Positions 37,878 to 50,763 of a DNA stretch of 64,000 nucleotides are shown here, one piece after another (the first letter of the stretch is position 1; each line of letters starts with the position of its first letter). This stretch comes from Candidatus Multivoradales bacterium. GTDB taxonomy: Bacteria; Acidobacteriota; Thermoanaerobaculia; Multivoradales; J023. The DNA lies in assembly GCA_965248925.1 (NCBI GenBank), contig CBDFLE010000005.1, positions 288,001 through 352,000 of the forward strand, written 5' to 3'. A model generated the notes under the pieces. The model made no database searches. It saw nothing but the letters and a program-made list of their open reading frames with translations, and was not told the origin of the DNA. The translations under genes were made by a program, and so were the position numbers.

Positions 37878-38201
37878 AGCTTCGATCCTCCACTAGCGAT
37901 GGTTGGGGTCTCTCGGGGGACACCTAATGAAGGGATCGCTGGCGGCAGGAACGGCGGCTGCACGCCGCACCCGGACAGGCCGGCACGCCACATCTATGGC
38001 GCGCTACGCTCCCGGTCGCGCGGACAGTGAACACCTCGCAGCCTCTCCCGCGATAGGCCACACGACCGGACTATGGCAAATCCCTAGGCTAAACCATATA
38101 GGATTTCGTCAATAAGACCGAACCACTGCCGATCTGACACCGATCTGACACAAGATACAGAGATTGTTTCTGACTCCAGAACTCCTGACATACCCTTTTT
38201 C

Positions 38202-40595
38202 TCAAATGTCCGGTTGAGCCTCTCCGGAGGTGTTCCGAGGCCCTGGGAAGGCCAGGCTCCGGGGTGGCGCCTTCTTGATCGCGAACCGCATCCGTAGCTC
38301 GGTGCCGGGGAAGTGGGTGGCGGTAGCGTTGAGTTCTTCGCAGACGGCGGCGATCGCCGCCGTCTTGTGGGGAGAGCTGAGCGGGTCGATGGAAAGGAGC
38401 AGCACGGTGTCGGTAACCTCCATATCGCCGCCGGCCGCGAAAGCGCTTTGGATCAGGGTGCGTCCCTCCTGCTCGGTGCGGCGGTAGTGGGGTGATAGGA
38501 GCCGGAGAAGATCACCTTCGGCCTGGTAGGCGACCATCTTGAGAATATCGGTGAGGTGCTTGCGCTCGACGGACAGCTTGATGACATCCGCTTCGACGAC
38601 CTCTTGGACGGGGACGCGGACGGGGAGGGTCGCGCGCTGGTTCTCGAGTTCGGTGATCTGCTCTATCGCTGCCCGGACCCTGGCGGAGATGGCGGCGTTG
38701 GCGATCTTGAATCCGCGCATCGTGCGCCGCCGATCCTCGCGGTTTTCAAGAGCAGCGATCCCGATGTGGGCCCGGAGCTGCTCGAGATGTGCGTGAGCTT
38801 TGCGCAGCTCTGCATTGATCTTGCCGCGCTCGGGATTCGGCACATCGCGGGCAGCGTCCGCTGGCTCGGTGCCATAGTCCACCAGGGCATCGAGTGCGAA
38901 TTCTTCGCGCAGGTATTTGAAGAAGTTCTCTTGCCTCCAACGATCGAACATGCGGTAGGCGACCTCGAGTGTGGAGAGGTCGCGGCGGGAGGTGATGATG
39001 GACGTCTGGTGGCCGTTGTCGCAGAGGCGGGTGACCTGGCGCAGGTACAGCCGCTTGCGCTTCTTCCTCGGGCCATACTCGAGGTAGATACGCTGATCGG
39101 CGAGGAGGTACTCGAGCTTCCGCCCGTGGATCGTGTCCTTGATCTGCCCGAACTTGCTCAACGGCACCGGACGAAAGGGGGCCTTTCGGTATGTGAGGAT
39201 GTCGAACTTCTTGGCGATGAGCTTCGCAAACAGCTTCGGGCTCCAACCCCCACGGTCGAAGACGACGGTGACTCGCCGGTCTCCGAGTAGCTTTCGTACC
39301 TCTTCGAGAATGAGGGGAAGCATCGTCGCAAGCCCCTTGTTGGCCTCGGTGGGGACCACGAAGAGAGGCTCGCTCTCAGCATCGTTGACCCAGTAGTCGG
39401 TGGTGGCCGGCATCGCGATCCGCATCCGCGCTACGTGTGTCTTGGGAATCTCTCGGCCACCGTGGTAGGCGCGCACATGCCCGTCCACGTAGAGGAAGCC
39501 CATGGCATGGCCCCTGGTGGCGACCCGGCGCTGAGCGAGGGCGCGACCGAGATCCGCGGCCAGGCCATGCGCGGCCAGCCGAGCGAGCTTGTTGCGCAAG
39601 GTTTTCACTTCCGGCGCTCGGTCGAGCCCGAGAAGCTGACCCAAATGCCGGGGTGAGCGCTCCTTGAGCCCTTCGGGTCGCTTGACCCGCAACAGTGCCA
39701 TCAGCAGCAGGGTTACCAGAGTGGTGCGCAGCCCATAGAAGGCCGGCCCGATGCTGCCGTACAGCTCCTGCGCGATGGAGAGCACGCCGCTGTCCACCAG
39801 GGCGGGAATCGCCAGCAGAGCACCGGCGCCCGGTAGCTGGGTCGCCGCTCCGAAGATCGGCGCCGCATCATCGAGGAATCCCAGCCTCGCCAGCAGCCGA
39901 TCGCTGGCGCGATCCGCTGGATCGAGGTCCAGCGAGAGGGGAACCTGATCTTGCTCGGACGCAGAAGCGGACAGTTTTGGGTCCGCAGCCGCTGGGTCAC
40001 CGCCACCCTCAGCGTCGAGCGCAAGATCCGCAGTTTTCAGGGGGCCGTCGACCTGCTGCTCATCAGAGGCGGACAGTTTTGGGTCCGCACTCTCGAAGGG
40101 CATCGTCATCTGCACTACCGACCGCTCTTTCCAGCCCAGGCGCTTGGCGAGCTTGCGAACGGCCTTCTCATCGATGCCCAGCCGCCGGCCAATCTCGCGA
40201 TTCGACACACCCTCGGCCTTCCAGCCGTTGACCGCGTCCAGGCGGCCCTGCGCTACCCGAGACTGACCCCGGGGAAAACCGCGCGGCCGGCCCAGAGCAG
40301 CCAGCCCACCTTCTTCGAAGCGGCGCTGATTCCGGCGCACAGTCCGCACATCACAAGCGAACGCAAGGGCCACCTCGCGTTGCTGTGCCCAGCCCAATTC
40401 AACGAGACTCACCATCGCGTGGGCCTCGCCTGTCCTGTCGCCGGCAGCGAAGTGAGCGAGCGGCATGCCGCTGACCACCACCACCCGATAGCCGCCCCTC
40501 TGCCGGAGGCGGCAGCGGTCGTTGATCACCACAACCCCATCGGGGACCCCGGCGTGGTCTGGGAACAGGACGGTGTGCTCGCTCGTCAGTGCCAT
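38202..40595 (-). CDS. Putative DDE transposase with tandem N-terminal HTH domains
   Basis: Two HTH segments; LYVDGH, VVFDRGG and RWRQENFFK (IS4-superfamily-like D, D, E); enclosed by IRs. Confidence 0.85.
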   Translation of the reverse strand: MALTSEHTVLFPDHAGVPDGVVVINDRCRLRQRGGYRVVVVSGMPLAHFAAGDRTGEAHAMVSLVELGWAQQREVALAFACDVRTVRRNQRRFEEGGLAALGRPRGFPRGQSRVAQGRLDAVNGWKAEGVSNREIGRRLGIDEKAVRKLAKRLGWKERSVVQMTMPFESADPKLSASDEQQVDGPLKTADLALDAEGGGDPAAADPKLSASASEQDQVPLSLDLDPADRASDRLLARLGFLDDAAPIFGAATQLPGAGALLAIPALVDSGVLSIAQELYGSIGPAFYGLRTTLVTLLLMALLRVKRPEGLKERSPRHLGQLLGLDRAPEVKTLRNKLARLAAHGLAADLGRALAQRRVATRGHAMGFLYVDGHVRAYHGGREIPKTHVARMRIAMPATTDYWVNDAESEPLFVVPTEANKGLATMLPLILEEVRKLLGDRRVTVVFDRGGWSPKLFAKLIAKKFDILTYRKAPFRPVPLSKFGQIKDTIHGRKLEYLLADQRIYLEYGPRKKRKRLYLRQVTRLCDNGHQTSIITSRRDLSTLEVAYRMFDRWRQENFFKYLREEFALDALVDYGTEPADAARDVPNPERGKINAELRKAHAHLEQLRAHIGIAALENREDRRRTMRGFKIANAAISARVRAAIEQITELENQRATLPVRVPVQEVVEADVIKLSVERKHLTDILKMVAYQAEGDLLRLLSPHYRRTEQEGRTLIQSAFAAGGDMEVTDTVLLLSIDPLSSPHKTAAIAAVCEELNATATHFPGTELRMRFAIKKAPPRSLAFPGPRNTSGEAQPDI

Positions 40596-40644
40596 GCTCG
40601 ATCATGCCTCGGCACCGAAAAAAGCGGACAGTTTTGGGTCCGCA
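39967..40644. repeat. Three identical 21-bp palindromic repeats GCGGACAGTTTTGGGTCCGCA
   Basis: Copies at 39967-39987, 40069-40089 (both coding ADPKLSA) and 40624-40644 (upstream of the ATG). Confidence 0.9.
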
Positions 40645-40759
40645 CCACCTCTGAGGGGCGGTCCTGTGTTTTCAGAGGGTTAGGAGGGGTAGGTCAGGAG
40701 GTCTGGACTCTTGTGCCAGATGTTTAGTCGCGGAGATGGCGGCGGAGATCAGAGGCGGA

Positions 40760-43471
<2,712 letters not shown>

Positions 43472-43686
43472 GGTGGATATTCCAGCAGCGTCGGTCAAAT
43501 ACGTATCGAAATCGACTGTCAGGCCACTGGAGCCTAGTGCCGAATAATCGAAAGCGAAGTGCGGGGCCACGCCGCGGCGGGCCAGAGCAAATAGTCTAGC
43601 AGGAGAGCGAGGCTTACTGAGAGGCAAGAAAAGGGCGCCAGGACAGTGCCAACGGCGGCGGAGTGCCGCCGCCGAGGCTCAAAGAG

Positions 43687-44619
43687 CTACTCTGAGATGC
43701 TGTTGTGAATATAAGCCAACGGGTTGGTCGGACGGCCATCTAGGCGCACTTCATAGTGCAAATGGTAACCCGTCGAGCGGCCGGTGTTGCCGACGTGGCC
43801 GATCACTTCGCCGCGCTTGACCCGCTGCCCGGACTTTACCACGATCCGGGACATATGACCGTAGCGGGTGGTGATGCCGTAGCCATGGTTGATCTGCACG
43901 GCGATGCCTAATCCCTTGTTACGTCCAGCCATGGTCACAACGCCGTCACCGCTAGCAACCACCGGCTTGCCGGGCGGGGCGACAATGTCGAGTCCCCCAT
44001 GGCGTGCTCGACGACCGGTGAAGGGGTCACGGCGAAAACCGAAGCGGCTGGTCATCAAGCCCTTGACCGGGCTGATCGCCGGAATCGACGAGATCAATAG
44101 CCGACGTTCGGTCAGTCGCTCGTCGAGTCGCTCCATGCCGCCGCCCATCTGATCGATGCTGCTGCGCAGGGATGAGATCTGCTGCTTGAGTTCAGTCTCA
44201 CGATCGTCCGCCAACTCGCGGCCCAGGCCGTCGTTGTCGGCCCAACGCTCTTCGAACAGCGCATCGTTCGGGTCCATGCCACCGATGCCGGCTTCACTGC
44301 CGGGAGAGAGTTCAGCCAAACCGGCGACGATCGCCAGCTTGCGGATACGCTCTTCGTAGTCCTCAAGCTGATCTTGCAGCTCGCGAATGCTGGTTTCGAA
44401 GCTCTCGTTGACCTGCCGCAGATCCTCGTTCTGAGTCTCGATGCGGACTAGTTCCTGGCGATCCACCGCGGTGGTGAAGTAGGAATAGGTAGCGATCAGG
44501 CCACCGACGGTCAGAGCTAGCAGGCTGGCAAAGACCAGGCCAACCTGAAGGGAAGTGACGCGCCATTTGCGAAACTTGGCGCGTGCATGCGGGACGAAAA
44601 TGATCGTGTGCTGATTCAA
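43687..44619 (-). CDS. M23-family metallopeptidase with N-terminal TM and coiled coil
   Basis: HGGLD (HxxxD), YGH, GRSTGYHLHYEV. Confidence 0.92.
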   Translation of the reverse strand: MNQHTIIFVPHARAKFRKWRVTSLQVGLVFASLLALTVGGLIATYSYFTTAVDRQELVRIETQNEDLRQVNESFETSIRELQDQLEDYEERIRKLAIVAGLAELSPGSEAGIGGMDPNDALFEERWADNDGLGRELADDRETELKQQISSLRSSIDQMGGGMERLDERLTERRLLISSIPAISPVKGLMTSRFGFRRDPFTGRRARHGGLDIVAPPGKPVVASGDGVVTMAGRNKGLGIAVQINHGYGITTRYGHMSRIVVKSGQRVKRGEVIGHVGNTGRSTGYHLHYEVRLDGRPTNPLAYIHNSISE

Positions 44620-44897
44620 AGCTCGATTGCAACCCGGTAAAAGTGGAGTGGGCAGGCATCCTTCCTTCTTACGCAGCCCACACGGCCCGGTGCCGCCCTC
44701 CTGGGAGCGCGTACCGAATAACCGAAAAAGGGCTTCGAAGAACGTACTTACCTTGTTCCTACTCCGAAGTCTTGCATTCGTTCTTGAATTCTTTTCGGGA
44801 CTCGTTGAGAGCGGGAAAGCCCTGTAAGGCGAACTCCGTCAAGAACTCCAGCTTGGCGGCCAAAGACCGGCGCAGTGTATATGAATAGCCCCTAATG

Positions 44898-45683
44898 TCA
44901 AGGCCTATCGGTACTTGGAGCGTTTTCCACAATGGCAATTTGTCTAGCCAGATGGTTCTCTAACTGCCCTCTCAGCTCAGCCAAGTGAGCGCTCTGTCCG
45001 GCCAGTCCATCGCTGATTCGGTCGACGATAGAACTCAGCTCTCGAGCTTGCTGATCGAGTTCGATCGGTTCTTCGACCGCTGCATCGAGACCGCCGCGGC
45101 GCCAGGCCCAGGGCCGTAGCAGCTTGGCTAACTGCCGGGCGGCCTGGAGCATCACCCGCCAGCTGCCGTGCAGACTTTGCCGGACTAGCTTCTCAACAGG
45201 TTGGGTATTCGCATCGGCGAGAGCCTCGTCCAGAGCTGCCCGCAACGCCAGTGGGCCGGGTTTGACCGCGGCTCCCCGCGCCAGCCCATGCCGCAGCAGG
45301 TAGGCGTCGTAGAAGGTACAGGCAACGGTCTCGACGCAATCTTTGACCATGAAGACGATCACCAGCTTGCGGATCAGCCGCTTGAGCACCTTGAACACAC
45401 CGCCGAGCAGCAGCCGGCGGAGGCAGCCCTGATGGGCCGACCGCAGGGTGCCGCTGAGCAGAGCGATCTCCATCGCGTGCAATGCGAATCCCGCCTTGGC
45501 GGCCAGATCTCGGGCCAGCCGGCGGCGTAAAACGTCGCGCACGAAATCGTCGAGTAGGGGCAGTGGAATCAGTGGGCAAAGCCCAGTCAAAAGGCTGTAG
45601 AAGACGATCCGCCGAGGAATTTTTCTAGGCTCGTAAGGGCCGTCGGAGTCGTAGCGCGCCAGGGGGTGCGGCGAGTCCGTCAT
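44898..45683 (-). CDS. Hypothetical protein
   Basis: ATG overlaps the helicase stop (TGATG); PLIPLPLLDD motif. Confidence 0.65.
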   Translation of the reverse strand: MTDSPHPLARYDSDGPYEPRKIPRRIVFYSLLTGLCPLIPLPLLDDFVRDVLRRRLARDLAAKAGFALHAMEIALLSGTLRSAHQGCLRRLLLGGVFKVLKRLIRKLVIVFMVKDCVETVACTFYDAYLLRHGLARGAAVKPGPLALRAALDEALADANTQPVEKLVRQSLHGSWRVMLQAARQLAKLLRPWAWRRGGLDAAVEEPIELDQQARELSSIVDRISDGLAGQSAHLAELRGQLENHLARQIAIVENAPSTDRP

Positions 45684-47725
45684 CAGCTCTCTCCAAAATA
45701 GCTTTGAATGCGGCGCATCCGCTCCTCGTCTTTGCCGTCCAGGCTTCGTTCCGTGGCTTCGCTCAACGTCGGTTCGAAGTCGCCGTGGTGGACCCTCTGC
45801 TCTACCAGCTTGGAGAAATTGGGGATCTCGGTGAGCAGCGAGCTGATTTCGAGCACGTCGCGGTAGGGGCCCCGGCCGCTGGCCTCTTCGGGCTTGAGCA
45901 GGTACAGCCGCTGTTTCGCTCGGGTTACTGCAACGTAGAGCAAACGGCGTTCTTCCTCGTAGCTGTCGCTGTCGGCCAGGGCCGCACGCGAGGGGAAATG
46001 ACCGTTGCTGAGGTGCACCACGAACACCGCCCGCCATTCCAGGCCCTTGGCCGAGTGTACGGTCGATAGGGTCAACCACTCATCTTCTGCCTGCCGCTCG
46101 GCGCGTAGGCGGCCAAAATCGGGCGGGTCGATCGCCAGGTCGGCCAGGAAAGCGTCAAGCTCGCGGTAGCGCTCAGCAATGACCTGTAGGGCCTCCAGGT
46201 CCTGTAGCCGGCGGTTGACGTCGTCGTATTTCTTGGGCATCCAGCGGCGGTAGGCGAGAATGGCGCTGGCCAGCCGTTCGGCCAAGGGCTGGCGCTCGGC
46301 GGCCAGCTGGCCCAAGACTCGTTGCAGCTCGGCGAGTTCCAGCGCAAAACGCTTCTTTGCCAGAAGGGCAGCGGTCAAGACCGCGAGATCGCCGCCGCTG
46401 TCGATCACCTGCCGGCTGATGCTTTCCGCGGTGGCTGGGCCGATCCCTTCGAGCAGCTGCAAGATTCGAAACCACGCGGGTCCGTCGAGAGGGTTGGCGG
46501 CCAACCGCAGCAAGGCCGTCACATCTTTGATGTGGGCGGTCTCGACCAGCTTGAGGCCACCGAATTTGCGGAAAGGGATGTTGCGCTTGCCGAGTTCCAA
46601 CTCCAGACCGTTGGTGTGCCAGGCGGCGCGGCAGAGCACCGCCATTTCGCCCAGCGCGACTCCTTGCTCACGCAGTTCGAGCACCTGATCACAGATGAAA
46701 TCCGCTTCTGCACGGTCGTCGGCGGTGCGCACGAAGGCGGGTAAGGTCTCACCCTCGAGTTCACTCCACAGCTGCTTGCCAAAGTGCTCGCGGGCCGGGC
46801 CGAGCACCGCGTTGCCGAGATCGAGAATTGGCTGCGTACTGCGGTAATTCTGCTCCAGCAGGAAAGTCTTGCAGTCTTTGAAGAGGGTTGGAAAGTCGAC
46901 GATGTTGCGGAAATCGGCACCGCGGAAGGAGTAGATCGACTGCGCTTCGTCGCCCACCACCATGAGATTTCCGTGGGCAGAGGCCAGCAAGGCGGCGAGG
47001 TGTGCTTGCAAGCGGTTGGTGTCTTGGAACTCGTCGACCATCACGTAGTGGTAGCTGGCGCCGAGGCGGCGGCGCACCGCGTCGTGCTCCACCAGCAAGC
47101 GGCGCAGCTCCACCAACAGGTCGTCGTAGTCCATCACCGAGAGTTCCCGCTTACGCTGGCTGTAGCGCCCGGCGAGTTCAGCGATATCGTCCAGGTCGTC
47201 GAGAAATTGCGGGTAGTCCGCGGCCACCAGCTCGGCCAAGGGGCGTTGGGTGTTGACCCGCTTGGAGGCCAGGTCGATCAGCGTGTCCTTGCGTGGAAAC
47301 CGCCGGCCGCGCTGGGCGAAGCCAGAGGCGCTGCGCAGCATGCCCATCAGGTCGGCGGCGTCGCCTCGGTCGAGGATGGTAAAGCCGTCGGCGTAGCCCA
47401 GCAGCGGAGCGTGGCGCCGCAGGACCGTATTGGCGAAAGAGTGAAAGGTGCCGCCAGCGACTCGCTGGCAACGCTCATCGAGCAAGCCGGCGGCGCGGCG
47501 TAACATCTCTTGCGCCGACCGCCGAGTGAAGGTCAGCAGTAGAATGTGCTCGGGCGCCAGGCCGCACTCGACCAATCTCGCCAGCCGCCAGACCAGGGTC
47601 CGAGTCTTGCCGGTGCCAGCGCCGGCAACCACCAGAAAGGAGCCGTCGCGGGCCTCCACGGCAGCTCGCTGGGCCGCATTGAGCTGGCCTGCCAAGTCGA
47701 GAGCTGGAGCCTCGGAACGTTGCAT
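45683..47725 (-). CDS. UvrD/Rep/PcrA-family ATP-dependent DNA helicase
   Basis: AGAGTGKT, TFT, VDEFQD, VGDEAQSIYSFRGA, NYRS, TVHSAKGLEW, EERRLLYVAVTRA. Confidence 0.93.
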   Translation of the reverse strand: MQRSEAPALDLAGQLNAAQRAAVEARDGSFLVVAGAGTGKTRTLVWRLARLVECGLAPEHILLLTFTRRSAQEMLRRAAGLLDERCQRVAGGTFHSFANTVLRRHAPLLGYADGFTILDRGDAADLMGMLRSASGFAQRGRRFPRKDTLIDLASKRVNTQRPLAELVAADYPQFLDDLDDIAELAGRYSQRKRELSVMDYDDLLVELRRLLVEHDAVRRRLGASYHYVMVDEFQDTNRLQAHLAALLASAHGNLMVVGDEAQSIYSFRGADFRNIVDFPTLFKDCKTFLLEQNYRSTQPILDLGNAVLGPAREHFGKQLWSELEGETLPAFVRTADDRAEADFICDQVLELREQGVALGEMAVLCRAAWHTNGLELELGKRNIPFRKFGGLKLVETAHIKDVTALLRLAANPLDGPAWFRILQLLEGIGPATAESISRQVIDSGGDLAVLTAALLAKKRFALELAELQRVLGQLAAERQPLAERLASAILAYRRWMPKKYDDVNRRLQDLEALQVIAERYRELDAFLADLAIDPPDFGRLRAERQAEDEWLTLSTVHSAKGLEWRAVFVVHLSNGHFPSRAALADSDSYEEERRLLYVAVTRAKQRLYLLKPEEASGRGPYRDVLEISSLLTEIPNFSKLVEQRVHHGDFEPTLSEATERSLDGKDEERMRRIQSYFGES

Positions 47726-47813
47726 CGCGAAGCGACTCTAACCTGTCTCTTCGCTCGCTAGGAGAAATCTCACTCACGGCCTGCTAAGGTCGCCGAAAAT
47801 TTGAGGAGAGAGC

Positions 47814-48611
47814 ATGTTTGCAGAGCCGATGAAGAATCACCAGATCGCTATTCTTTCGACCGTCTTAATCGCGGTTCTCGGCCCTGGGGCGCCGTTGGCC
47901 GGTCAGACCGAGGAAGCCCCGCCGACCCAGCACCAAGCCGAGCAGCACGGCCACGCTGGGCATCAGCAAGCGGCTCAGGGCCAGCACGCCGCAAGCGCTC
48001 CCCACGCCGCGGGTGCCGCTCACTCAGGGAGCGGGTTGCACCATGATTTCAGCGATGTGGAACGGTGGCAGGCCCGCTTCGACGATCCAGCTCGCGATGA
48101 ATGGCAGCAGCCAAGCCGTGTTGTCGAGCTGTTGCAAATCAGCTCCGGTATGACGGTGGTAGATCTCGGCGCGGGTACTGGCTACTTCATGCCCTATCTG
48201 AGTGCGGCGGTAGGCAAAGAAGGGCAGGTCTTGGCCCTCGATGTCGAGCCGACGATGGTTGAGCATTTGCAAGGCCGCGCCGCTGAAGCCGGTTTCGAGA
48301 ACGTCGAGGCCCGGCATATTCCGTTCGATGATACTCAGCTTACAGCCGGTTCCTCGGACCGGATCTTGATCGTCGACACCTGGCACCACATCGACGCCCG
48401 CTCAGCCTACAGCGCCGGTCTGGCGAAAGCGCTGAGCGCCGACGGCCGGGTTTACATCGTCGATTTCACCCGCGATAGCCCCGAGGGGCCGCCGGTCGAG
48501 CATCGGTTGACACCTGAGCAGGTGATGCGTGAGCTTCAAGATGGGGGGCTGCGCGCCGTGCTGGTGCAAGAGGACCTCCCCTGGCAGTTCGTCGTCATGG
48601 CCCAGCATTAG
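47814..48611 (+). CDS. Class I SAM-dependent methyltransferase with signal peptide and His-rich linker
   Basis: VDLGAGTGYF motif I; RDEWQQP; DTWHHI; N-terminal hydrophobic stretch. Confidence 0.85.
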   Translation: MFAEPMKNHQIAILSTVLIAVLGPGAPLAGQTEEAPPTQHQAEQHGHAGHQQAAQGQHAASAPHAAGAAHSGSGLHHDFSDVERWQARFDDPARDEWQQPSRVVELLQISSGMTVVDLGAGTGYFMPYLSAAVGKEGQVLALDVEPTMVEHLQGRAAEAGFENVEARHIPFDDTQLTAGSSDRILIVDTWHHIDARSAYSAGLAKALSADGRVYIVDFTRDSPEGPPVEHRLTPEQVMRELQDGGLRAVLVQEDLPWQFVVMAQH

Positions 48612-49045
48612 GGAGGACGGTTGGCGTCGACTTTCGACGCGACTCCTGCGTCAGGCTTATCCCACCGCAGAGTCTCCTGCTACGGAGTCCGTGGACTAGG
48701 TAGCCAGGGAGGCTTCCGTTGTCGATTCTGTCCGCGAGGATGATCGCCGAGGGCACAAGATACCCTTAGCAGCCCACCGTCTATGCCCGCCTTGGCGCGG
48801 TTCCCTCAGAGTCGTTTCCTCAGTCGGCGAAGAGACCGCGGTTGGAAGGTCGTATGCCACTGGGAGACGGCGAGATTTCGCGCCTCCGAAGATCCTTAGA
48901 TCTGAGGAGCCAACGAGAATTCGTCGAGCAGTTTATAAGCGACTTCCTAGGTCGCTTGGCGTCCGCCGCTTGCATTTTTGTACGATACGCTGGCGAGCGT
49001 CAGGTTCATTTTGCGACTAGAGTCGCAGTTCAGTGAGGTGGGTAA

Positions 49046-49590
49046 GTGATTCAAAAAATACACGAATCTAAGCAACAAAAACTACGCGAAGGCATTGGTG
49101 GAGGCGGCAGGTGGTTTGTTCCTCTAGCACCCGTTTCCATTCAAGTCATAGATGAAGAGAGAGAGCAGATTGCACACGCTGTTGAAGGCATGTCGCAAAC
49201 CTATCGGAGCCTGAAGGCACCGGAGTTTAGCTTACGCTTGCCCTAGTTGGCGGGGCAACACCTGCCGGCTCGCCTGTACCAACAACTGGCGATTTTTCGC
49301 AGCGCCTTTGGACGCGACAACTTTGGTGCGCTCATTCTCAAGAGTCTCGTTGACGTCGACCAAGTGAGTCTGGGTCCGACGCCAACACGATGGCAAGAAG
49401 TTGGTGCCGAGAGGACAACTGTATTCGACTGGACCGCAGCGTCTTTTCACTGCGCCTTGGGTGGGACATCGGTGAAGTTTCTATACCAACGCAAAGGGGG
49501 AATTTCCCACTCTCTGATTCCGGATTCGGCGATGAAAAAGACCCAAACCGGGGCGGGCGAAGTGAAGTTGGGATTGCACACGGAAGATCC
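49046..49590 (+). pseudogene. Fe(II)/2-oxoglutarate dioxygenase (TauD/clavaminate-synthase-like) fragment
   Basis: One frame with an internal TAG (49244); LGPTP..W, QRKGG..H..IP, QTGAG and LHTED (HxE) motifs, after which similarity ends. Confidence 0.6.
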
Positions 49591-49628
49591 AAACCAGCGT
49601 TTGCGCCGAGCAAGCAAGCGGCAAACTC

Positions 49629-50690
49629 TTAGTCTTGAGCGTCCTGCTGTTCGGGGTTGGTGGTCGCCCCTGCAAACTGTCGCGATCCTCCCTGCTCCGC
49701 GGTTGATGATCGCAGTCCCCGCTCGAGGTCATGCCACAAGTCGCCCGGATCTTCCAGACCGACCGCCAGGCGCAGCAGGCCACCATCGATGCCAGCGCTG
49801 GCGCGAGCCCCTGGATCCACGAGTCGGTGGGTCAGCGCCGCGGGATGTTGAATCAGGGTGTCGGTGGAGCCGAGGCTGACCGCTGGGGTGATCCAGCGGA
49901 GTGCCGCCACCAGGCGCTCAGCTGCCTGCATGCCGCCATCAATAGTGAATCCAAGGATGGCGCCAGGGCCGCGCATCTGGCGCCCTAGGAGGCTCTGCCT
50001 GTCGCCACCAGAAAGCCCCGGATAGAGCACCCGCACGACAGCCGGGTGTGCGGCCAGGCGAGTAGCCAGGTAGCGGGCGCTTTCTTGGGCGCGACGGACT
50101 CGCAGGGGCAGGGTGGCGAAGGTGTTGTCGATCAGCACCGGCACGTCGCCGGCAGCTGCTACCAGCGCTTCGATGTCGAGCAGATCGAGGGTCGGATTGG
50201 CTGGCGTCTCAGCGATCACTAACGAGGTCGAGGAAGTCACCGCCCCTACCACCTGCTCGGCGGTGACAAATCGAACATCCAAGTCCAGGAGGCCGCTGGC
50301 CAGCAGATGATCGCTGGTGCCATAGAGCGGACGTACCGCCAGGATTTGTTCCCCCCGCTGCTTGGCGACCAACAGGCAGGCGGTCAGCGCCGCCATGCCG
50401 GAGGCGAATGCCACCGCTTCGCCGGCGCCTTCGAGTTGGGCCAAGCCGCTTTCAAAGCGAGCCACTGTCGGATTGTGCAGCCGTGAGTACACCGGATTGC
50501 CCAGCACGGGACCGCCGGTGCACAGAGATTCCAGGCTTTCGCCAGCTGTACCCAGTTCTCCCAGCGGGTAAGTGGTGGAGAAGTCCAGCGGCGGGGCGTG
50601 GACACCGAGAGCAGCGAAATCCTCGCGGCCGGCGTGCACGGCGAGAGTGTCCAGGCAGGGGAAGTGGCGGTTATTTGATTCTGTGTCCAT
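49629..50690 (-). pseudogene. Cys/Met-metabolism PLP enzyme (methionine gamma-lyase/cystathionine gamma-synthase-like) with an in-frame internal deletion
   Basis: YSRLHNPT, FASGMAA, ETPANPT and AVSLG are present, but DNTFAT runs directly into LPLR; the HSxTK PLP-lysine segment is missing. Confidence 0.8.
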
Positions 50691-50763
50691 GCAAATATCT
50701 TAGGAAATCTACGATAGGCGGGAATATAATCCGCAGAATATTCGTCCAGGAGGCCAAAATTCA

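Larger units (their letters stand above)
38177..40705 (-). mobile_element. Insertion sequence of unassigned family with a 797-aa transposase
   Basis: IRs CAGAACTCCTGACATACCC / CAGACCTCCTGACCTACCC; 5-bp duplication GACTC at 38172-38176 and 40706-40710. Confidence 0.88.

Noticed and set aside
36618-38030. Long plus-strand ORF (470 aa); similarly 2571-3533, 40736-41719 and 59478-60359
   Set aside because: Antisense shadows of well-supported GC-rich genes with no recognisable motifs
43472-43627. N-terminal extension of SecA in the ORF track
   Set aside because: SecA similarity begins at the ATG at 43471; the extension is unsupported
48842-49590. Stop-codon recoding (Sec/Pyl or alternative genetic code)
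   Set aside because: The in-frame stops are a mix of TGA, TAA and TAG and the gene is truncated; decay is the simpler explanation
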